DNA from: Deltaproteobacteria bacterium
Lineage (GTDB): Bacteria > Myxococcota_A > Polyangia > Polyangiales > Polyangiaceae
Assembly (NCBI GenBank): GCA_043780025.1
Contig: JAYWEH010000724.1
Location: 1-53,414, forward strand
Direction of reading: 5' to 3'
Length of the DNA: 53,414 nucleotides
Shown piece by piece: positions 47,581-53,414 of the stretch (the stretch's first letter is position 1; each line of letters starts with the position of its first letter). The notes beneath the pieces were generated by a model. That model saw nothing but the letters and a program-made list of their open reading frames with translations, searched no databases and was not told the DNA's origin. A program made the translations under genes and the position numbers.

Positions 47581-47772
47581 GCCGATTTTCCTGGAGAAAT
47601 TGGGTGGCGGGAGGTTCCACGATCAAGGGCCGATCGTCAAATGCCTCTTCAATGCCAGGGAGTACTGGCAAGAGGCACGGCGCCCCCAATCCGGAAACCC
47701 GGATGAAACGCACGCCAGCAACTCCCCCGCCCGGCAGGACTGTGTTCACCCCACAACAGCCGCGAAAACCCG

Positions 47773-47825
47773 CCGCGTCAGATAACCGCGTCAGATAACC
47801 GTGGCAGCAGCCGCGTCAGATAACC
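47773..47825. repeat. three copies of the 15-mer CCGCGTCAGATAACC at the 3' end of, and just beyond, the methyltransferase gene
   Basis: Copies at 47773-47787, 47786-47800 and 47811-47825. The third copy contains the TGA stop (47816-47818, minus strand). Confidence 0.65.
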
Positions 47826-49357
47826 GCGCGTCGGTCGAGCGTGTCCAGGTTCTTGTTCATGACGACCTGGAAACACGCCGCGCTGCCCTGCTCGCCCACG
47901 AGTTGCGACCAGGCCAGGAAGAACTGCCAGATCCTGAACCAGCGCTCACCGTGTGCACTGACCACGCGCTGGCGGTTGGCTTCCCAGTTGGCGCGCCAGA
48001 GCCGCAACGTTTCCGCGTAGTGCCGGCTCACGTTTTCCACGCCGTGCACTTCCCAGCCCGCTTTTTCCGCCACTTTGAGCATGGAGGAGAGCGGCAACGC
48101 GGCATCCGCACCGGGGAAAATGTACTTGTTCATGAACAGACCCCACATGAGGTCTTCCGGCCTGAGCTGCCGGCGCAGCCCCGTCCACTGCAGCAAGAAC
48201 AAGCCGTCATCCGCCAGGTGATTCTGTAGGCCCTCGAAGAAGCTCTTCAGGTTCTTGACGCCCACGCGCTCGACCGTTTCGAGGCTGACGATGCGATCGA
48301 ACTTCTCCGCCGGCAGATCGCGGTAGTCGGCCAGGATGACGCGCGCCTGGCGCTCCACACCAAGCTCCGCGAAGCGCCGGTTCGCATGCGCCATCTGATT
48401 CGGCGACAAGGTGGTGCCTACGCCTTCGGCGCCTCGCGTGGCGGCGACATGGCTGAGGAACGCGCCCCAACCACAACCCACCTCGAGCACCCGATGACTC
48501 GCGCGCAGGCCGATCTTCTCGCAGATGCGCGCGCTGCTCTGTTCATGGCCGGCCTCGAGCGAGTCGCCCGGCGAGTCAATGCCCGGCGAGTCAATGCCCG
48601 GCGAGTCAATGTGGGCGCAGGTGAAGGCCATGCGTTCGCCCAGGAAAGCCTTGAAAAAGTCGTCGCCTCGCTCGTCATAGAGCTCGCGCGCAGCGCGAGC
48701 GTCCGCCTCGCGGGAGTGCGCCACCATTTCCGGGACGAAGTTGGTGACCGCCCACTGCAAATGCTGGCGCGTGATCGTGTGTTTCACGAAGCGACCGCGA
48801 TTCTGCAGAAACGCGACCAAATCGCCCGGGATGTCGACGCTGCCGTCGAAATAGGCCTCGTAAAGGATGGAAATCGGAATCGGCTCCGACCCGTACTTGC
48901 GAGCCAGCTTTTCGTCGTTGAAGACCACGTGATCGCTGAGAGACGTTGCCAAGTCCGAAGAGGCCCCATTCGACGCCCGCGCGGCACTCACCGCAACCGG
49001 GGTTGAGGAGAGAACGGAAGGCGCCAAAGCCACGGCATCGGCTACCACCGCGCTGCTCGCCGCAGCCAATTGCACACCCGATGTCGGCAGAACCGACGAC
49101 GGAACGAGCGAGGTTGGAACAGCAGCGGCTTGATCGCTGACAACCGCAGGGGCTGCGGAAGGCACACCGACGCCACGAATGGCGCGTGCTCCCGAGCCTC
49201 GACTTTCTTTTGCGCGTTTGGCGCTGGAACTGAATTCTGCACCCCGCATGGGAGGCAATATATAGAGGAATCGCCGGCTGTAACTCATAGTTTTCAGTGC
49301 GAAATTCTTTTCGCGCAGCTGCTCGACCTGGTTCAAACACCCGCAGGCCGGCATCAC
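47816..49357 (-). CDS. cyclopropane-fatty-acyl-phospholipid synthase family SAM-dependent methyltransferase with a long low-complexity N-terminal extension
   Basis: ELYDERGDDFFKAFLGERMAFTCA, SAM motif I VLEVGCGWGAF, and RLWRANWEANR...FFLAWSQLVGEQG are typical CFAS/mycolic-acid-MT blocks. The first 130 or so aa are S/A/V-rich and the start is uncertain. Confidence 0.8.
   Translation of the reverse strand: MMPACGCLNQVEQLREKNFALKTMSYSRRFLYILPPMRGAEFSSSAKRAKESRGSGARAIRGVGVPSAAPAVVSDQAAAVPTSLVPSSVLPTSGVQLAAASSAVVADAVALAPSVLSSTPVAVSAARASNGASSDLATSLSDHVVFNDEKLARKYGSEPIPISILYEAYFDGSVDIPGDLVAFLQNRGRFVKHTITRQHLQWAVTNFVPEMVAHSREADARAARELYDERGDDFFKAFLGERMAFTCAHIDSPGIDSPGIDSPGDSLEAGHEQSSARICEKIGLRASHRVLEVGCGWGAFLSHVAATRGAEGVGTTLSPNQMAHANRRFAELGVERQARVILADYRDLPAEKFDRIVSLETVERVGVKNLKSFFEGLQNHLADDGLFLLQWTGLRRQLRPEDLMWGLFMNKYIFPGADAALPLSSMLKVAEKAGWEVHGVENVSRHYAETLRLWRANWEANRQRVVSAHGERWFRIWQFFLAWSQLVGEQGSAACFQVVMNKNLDTLDRRAVI
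48559..48610. repeat. in-frame 15-bp tandem repeat (GCCCGGCGAGTCAAT, about 3.5 copies) inside the methyltransferase CDS
   Basis: Perfect copies at 48566-80, 48581-95 and 48596-610. They encode IDSPG-IDSPG-IDSPG between the FTCAH block and the SAM-binding motif. Confidence 0.8.
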
Positions 49358-49565
49358 TCATTGAAGCGGCGCGTCACGCTTTTCCAGTACGAGTGCGCGT
49401 GCCCCATAACGCATCAAGTGTCGAAAATCGCGCAACGCGCTACAGCATTGTGACAGAAGCATGAGCCACGACCTCTGGCGGCGTGACTAGGCTCAGCGTT
49501 ACGAAACCGAGTGCGTCAAGGCGCCTCGGCTGCCGCCCCCGAACCCTGTAACCAGGAAATAAATC

Positions 49566-50384
49566 GTGGCCGTCGCTCTGTTCTTCCTCGCGCATTGGCA
49601 TCTGTCGGTCTTTTGCCAAACGTTCTTCCTGCACCGCTTTGGCGCGCACGCGCAATTCTCCATGAGCCAGCGCTGGCAGCGTTTTTTCTACCTGCTCACC
49701 TATGTGTCGCAGGGCGCGAGCTTCTTGCACCCCCGCGCGTACGCGATCCTGCATCGCATGCATCACGCCTATAGCGACACGCCGCGTGATCCCCACTCCC
49801 CGAAGTTCTACACGAACGTCTTTACGATGATGTGGAAGACGAAGAAGCGTTACGACGACTTCGCCTACGGCCGCGCCGAGCCCGACCCGCGCTTTGGCTA
49901 CGAGACTCCCACTTGGCCGCTGGTCGATCGGCTCGGCCAGAGCTGGCTGCTCCGCCTGAGCTGGGGCGCCGCCTACACCGCGTTCTACTTCCAGTTTGCT
50001 ACGCAGGCGTGGATGTTCGCGCTCTTGCCGCTGCACTTCGTGATGGGCCCGATCCACGGTGCGATCGTGAACTGGTGCGGGCATCGCTACGGCTATCGCA
50101 ACTACGAGACGGACGACATCTCCCGCAACACGTTCCCGATCGAGTTCATCACCTGGGGCGAGCTGTTTCAGAACAACCACCATCGCTTCGCGATGAGCCC
50201 CAAGTTTTCGACGCGCCGCTTCGAGCTGGATCCGGCCTGGGTGGTGATTTCGATGCTGACCCGGCTTGGCATCGTGCGCCTGTCCGATCGCGCTGTGAAA
50301 CCGGTGTGGCCGGATCCCGGTCTCGAAATCGCGGCACCCGAGCAGCCCGAGGAGCTCGCGCCCCCCGAACGAGCGCTCGCCTGA
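49566..50384 (+). CDS. acyl-CoA/acyl-lipid desaturase (membrane di-iron, delta-9-like)
   Basis: Three His boxes: [15 protein letters not shown] and NNHHRF. Also [12 protein letters not shown] start with an AGGAAA RBS 8 nt upstream. Confidence 0.85.
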   Translation: MAVALFFLAHWHLSVFCQTFFLHRFGAHAQFSMSQRWQRFFYLLTYVSQGASFLHPRAYAILHRMHHAYSDTPRDPHSPKFYTNVFTMMWKTKKRYDDFAYGRAEPDPRFGYETPTWPLVDRLGQSWLLRLSWGAAYTAFYFQFATQAWMFALLPLHFVMGPIHGAIVNWCGHRYGYRNYETDDISRNTFPIEFITWGELFQNNHHRFAMSPKFSTRRFELDPAWVVISMLTRLGIVRLSDRAVKPVWPDPGLEIAAPEQPEELAPPERALA

Positions 50385-50394
50385 CAACCCATCG

Positions 50395-51405
50395 TCAGCG
50401 GATGTGGAATACTGATTTCTGCAGTTTTCCGCCCACCTTCGTGACCTTGCTCCAGTTGCTGTTGTCGTTCAACGCGGTCCAGCGGCGCTCTTCCTTGCGG
50501 TAGTGCCAGTCCTTCTCCAGCTGGTAGTAGAACATGCTGCCTAGCCGCTCAATCACGCTGGCGATCTCGTTGTTGTGGTAATTCTGCTCGTCGAAATCGG
50601 TGACGGATTTCTGGCCCATCTCCGAGTAGACGGCGTGCAGCGCCAGCAGCAACTCGTTGATCTCGGGCTCTAACGGCTTGACGTTCAAGCCGATGCGCTC
50701 AGCCTCCCGCAAGGTGATCGGGTAGTCGTGGGAGGGATAGCCGGAGTTGAGAGCGTGGCTGACACGCTCGACCGTATTCGAGTCGCGCGTGTGGAACGCC
50801 AGGATCTCGCGGCACAGGCGGATGCTGAGCGAACTCGCGCGGTCCACCGCGCCGACCACCAGTGGATGCACGAACGGCATCAGGCTGCCGACGGGGTTGC
50901 CCTCCTTGGACAGACCGTGTTCCTTCCACAACGCGATCACCCGCGCGAGCTCGTCTTGGCTCACGCTCACGAGTTCGTTGTCGATGTCGCAGGGCGAGAG
51001 CTCGTGGCGTATCGACGTATCGACCGCCGTCAAGAACGCCATCGGCCCCATTTTGATCTCGTCCGCTCCGAGCGCCATCATCGTGGCAGCAGAGGCGCAC
51101 TCGAGCGGCACGAGCGCGGACAAGCCGGTCGAATATTGGCGCAGCAGGTTGACGATCCGCAGCGCGGCGCGACCCGATCCGCCGGATGACTTGATGAACA
51201 GCGCGAGCGGCTTGCCCACCTCCGCTGCACGGCACAGCTCGTACATCACCACAACGTCGTCTTGACAGACGGAGCCGCTGGCAGAGGACCAATAGCAGAG
51301 CAGCGGCATGCCGAGCTTTTCTTCGAGCCGACCGAGCAACTTTTGACTCTGTGCGAATAACAGTGGCGGCTTCTGAATCTTCGGTCGGCGTTTGGCTTTC
51401 GGCAT
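50395..51405 (-). CDS. SDH-family Clp-fold (S49-like) serine proteinase
   Basis: LALFIKSSGGSGRAALRIVNLLRQY...ALVPLECASAATMMALGADEIKMGPMAFLTAVD matches the ClpP/SppA-fold pattern of the serine dehydrogenase proteinase family (from recollection of the family pattern). GC is noticeably lower than in neighbouring genes. Confidence 0.65.
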   Translation of the reverse strand: MPKAKRRPKIQKPPLLFAQSQKLLGRLEEKLGMPLLCYWSSASGSVCQDDVVVMYELCRAAEVGKPLALFIKSSGGSGRAALRIVNLLRQYSTGLSALVPLECASAATMMALGADEIKMGPMAFLTAVDTSIRHELSPCDIDNELVSVSQDELARVIALWKEHGLSKEGNPVGSLMPFVHPLVVGAVDRASSLSIRLCREILAFHTRDSNTVERVSHALNSGYPSHDYPITLREAERIGLNVKPLEPEINELLLALHAVYSEMGQKSVTDFDEQNYHNNEIASVIERLGSMFYYQLEKDWHYRKEERRWTALNDNSNWSKVTKVGGKLQKSVFHIR

Positions 51406-51417
51406 CGGGTGGCAACC

Positions 51418-51434
51418 TAATACGCCGGTTCCAT
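51418..51434. promoter_or_regulatory. candidate LexA (SOS) box TAATACGCCGGTTCCAT, 13 nt upstream of the protease ATG
   Basis: It has 2 mismatches to the uvrB/recA 17-mer. The following GAAGCGA block is shared with the uvrB copy. Confidence 0.45.
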
Positions 51435-51639
51435 CGAAGCGACCGCAATCGGGCCGCGCGAGCCGTACGGAGCCGGCCAGCGCGGGTGATTAAACCACAC
51501 GGGAGCCATGAAAAATCCCCGGCCTTTGTGGCCTCCCCTGCGCCCGTCCCTCGCTCTACGGGCAGCGGCCGAGCGCTAGGTGCGCTCTAGCCTAGAACTA
51601 GCCTGAAAGAGCGGCCCGATGTACGGTATAATGTGAAGC

Positions 51640-53184
51640 ATGGCTGCGTCATCCCCGATTCCCTCCGGAGTACCATCCAGCATGGCTGACGGAAACCGCA
51701 AAGACCCGCGGGCCCGGGTACTGAACATGACGGTTCGCTACAAGAGCGCAACGGTGGATGAGTTCATCGAGAATCACTCCCACGACATCAGTCGTGGCGG
51801 CATCTTCATCAAGACGCGCTCGCCGTTTCCCGCTGGAACGCTGCTCAAGTTCGAGGTGCGCATCGCGGAAGATCAGAAGGTGATGAACGGCGTGGGCCGC
51901 GTGGTGTGGCGCCGCGAAGCGGAGCGCGCAGACGAGAGCTCGCCTGCCGGCATGGGTATCAAGTTCATAAAAATTGGTGAAGGCGCGCCCGAACTGATCA
52001 GTCAGATGGTGGCCGCCCGCCAAGGCGCAGAGTCCAATTTTGACGCTGGAGTGCGCCAGTCGGGTGAGCCGCCCGTCGAGGGAAGCCCGCCGCCGGCGCC
52101 CGCATTAGCGCAGCCCGCCGAAGAAGCGCCGGCGTTGCAGGTCGAAAGCGGGCCCCTCAGCTTGGTGCCGGGAGAAGCGGAAACACGTGTCTCCAGTCCG
52201 CCCAAGAAACGCCCCGATCAAGCCCCGGACAAGCGGAAAGTGGTGCTCCAGGGCCCCGCGCTGGACGGTACGGCCTCCGATCGCAAGGGCCGTGCCTCGA
52301 CTCCGAGCGCCGAAGCCAAGCCCGCCCCGGGATCGCCGGACGATCGCGCACCCAAGCGCCCCTCAGACCCCGGACGCGCTAATCTCGCGGAAGAAACCAC
52401 CGCGCCAGGCGCGCGCGCAGCGGCGCGAGCCAAGAGCCGCCCCGCCCCGGCCCCGGCCCCAGCGAAAACGTCCAGTCCAGGTCTGTATGTTCTGCTTGGC
52501 ATCTTGGTCGTGATCGGGCTCGTCGTGCTGATCTTCAAACCGGGAACGCCGAATGTGCCCGAGGAGCCCGCGCCCCCCATTCGAGCGGAAGTCCCGCCAC
52601 CCCCACCAGCGCCACCGGCACCGGTACCGCCAGTGCCCGCTCCCACCGCGGAGGTCGCACCGGCAGAAACCGCCCCCGGCGCCGCCGCGCCACCCGCCGT
52701 GACTCCGCCCGCTGCGGCAGTGCCACCGGTCGTGACTCCACCCGCCGCCGCGGCTCCGCCGGTCGTGACTCCGCCGGCCGCAGTGACTCCCGTACCCGCG
52801 CCGCCCGTAGCCGCGCCGCCCGCTGCCGCGGCGCCGGCTCGTCCAGCGGCCCCTGCCGCCACCCGCCCACGGGCTGCGGCCCCGAGTGCCCCCAAGGCGG
52901 CTCCGCCGCCCGCACCTGCTCCCAAAGCTCCGCCGGCCAAGACCGACGCTTTGCCACGCCTATCCATTCCGGGTGCCGTCGTGACCGACGCTCCCGAGTC
53001 CGACGAAGCGGCGCCTCCGCCACCCGACCCGGCTCCGCCCAAGGCTGCCGCACCCAAAAAGCCAGCCAGCCCCGAGAAGCCTCCGGCGAAGCCGGCCCCT
53101 GCCCCGCCCGCCGCGACAGCGCCGGCGGCGCCCAAGCCCGCGCAACCGGCTCCCGCACCCTCCGGCGACGACAACCCGTATTGA
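51640..53184 (+). CDS. PilZ-domain protein (myxobacterial TIGR02266-like N-terminus) with a TM segment and a long Pro/Ala-rich tail
   Basis: DPRARVLNMTVRYKSATVDEFIENHSHDISRGGIFIKTRSPFPAGTLLKFEVRI...GRVVWRRE...GMGIKF. TM segment GLYVLLGILVVIGLVVLIF. 33-bp nucleotide repeats at 52699-52782 encode VTPPAAAxPPV. Confidence 0.8.
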   Translation: MAASSPIPSGVPSSMADGNRKDPRARVLNMTVRYKSATVDEFIENHSHDISRGGIFIKTRSPFPAGTLLKFEVRIAEDQKVMNGVGRVVWRREAERADESSPAGMGIKFIKIGEGAPELISQMVAARQGAESNFDAGVRQSGEPPVEGSPPPAPALAQPAEEAPALQVESGPLSLVPGEAETRVSSPPKKRPDQAPDKRKVVLQGPALDGTASDRKGRASTPSAEAKPAPGSPDDRAPKRPSDPGRANLAEETTAPGARAAARAKSRPAPAPAPAKTSSPGLYVLLGILVVIGLVVLIFKPGTPNVPEEPAPPIRAEVPPPPPAPPAPVPPVPAPTAEVAPAETAPGAAAPPAVTPPAAAVPPVVTPPAAAAPPVVTPPAAVTPVPAPPVAAPPAAAAPARPAAPAATRPRAAAPSAPKAAPPPAPAPKAPPAKTDALPRLSIPGAVVTDAPESDEAAPPPPDPAPPKAAAPKKPASPEKPPAKPAPAPPAATAPAAPKPAQPAPAPSGDDNPY

Positions 53185-53252
53185 GCGCAGCCCCCTCGAC
53201 GCGAGCGTAGCCTCGTCTTTCAGCTAGACGGTCTCGAGGCGGAGCTATCCTG

Positions 53253-53313
53253 GGGCCGCCTTTTCATTCTTAGGCTGTCCCGGGCCGCCTTTTCATTCTC
53301 AGTAGGCTGTTCG
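53253..53313. repeat. about 29-bp direct repeat (GGGCCGCCTTTTCATTCT..TAGGCTGT, 2 copies) in a lower-GC intergenic region
   Basis: Copies start at 53253 and 53282. The first copy, with upstream GGCGG (53239-43), forms GGCGG-N12-CCGCC followed by TTTT, a possible terminator for the PilZ gene. Confidence 0.5.
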
Positions 53314-53320
53314 TATACGC

Positions 53321-53414
53321 TCATCCTTGATCGCTGCGTAGCTGTAACTTTGCAGCGACCCATCCTTCGACGAGGAGCTCTAGCTTTTCGTAGCCGCGCG
53401 CAAGCGTGAGCCAG
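53321..53414 (-). CDS. 3' end of an unidentified CDS that enters from the right edge of the window (partial)
   Basis: The minus-strand frame reads ...LTLARGYEKLELLVEGWVAAKLQLRSDQG* with the stop at 53321-53323. The composition is protein-like, but only about 30 codons are visible. Confidence 0.3.
   Translation of the reverse strand, partial: WLTLARGYEKLELLVEGWVAAKLQLRSDQG

Noticed and set aside
51618-51632. TGTACGGTATAAT near the PilZ promoter contains a GTAC half-site.
   Set aside because: No GTTC half-site follows at the N4 spacing, so it does not fit the motif.

Overview
This is a high-GC window (about 70% by spot counts), densely coding, with no rRNA, CRISPR array, transposase or integrase that I can recognise. 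The gene content points to a myxobacterial (Polyangia-like) chromosome: many eukaryote-like Ser/Thr kinases, DUF4388 and PilZ domains, an ECF sigma operon, and Pro/Ala-rich low-complexity proteins. Most of it is housekeeping. Recognisable genes are gluQ, rnj, uppP, uvrB, argC, rpsI-rplM, tRNA-Cys, recA, rnhA and a translationally coupled recC-recB-recD operon flanked by two Ser/Thr kinase genes. Other content includes a Phd/VapC toxin-antitoxin pair, a four-gene ECF sigma/anti-sigma operon, and a MshEN / degenerate HD-GYP / REC / DUF4388 signalling protein. The right-hand part (about 45.3-51.4 kb) has visibly lower GC. It holds a decayed aminoglycoside phosphotransferase gene, a deeply divergent but catalytically intact enolase homologue, a CFA-synthase-type methyltransferase divergent from an acyl-CoA-type desaturase, and an SDH-family Clp-fold serine protease. 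The most interesting non-coding signal is a near-identical 17-mer (TAGTACGCCGGTTCCAA) upstream of uvrB, recA and the protease gene. Its GTAC-N4-GTTC core fits a myxobacterial LexA box, which would make the protease a candidate new SOS-regulon member. Other signals are a 4x25-bp tandem hairpin array in the recC leader, several in-frame and 3'-end tandem repeats, and two gene remnants. I found no clearly novel multi-gene system, so the findings are ranked hypotheses. All calls come from reading the ORF translations and the sequence by eye; no database search was run.
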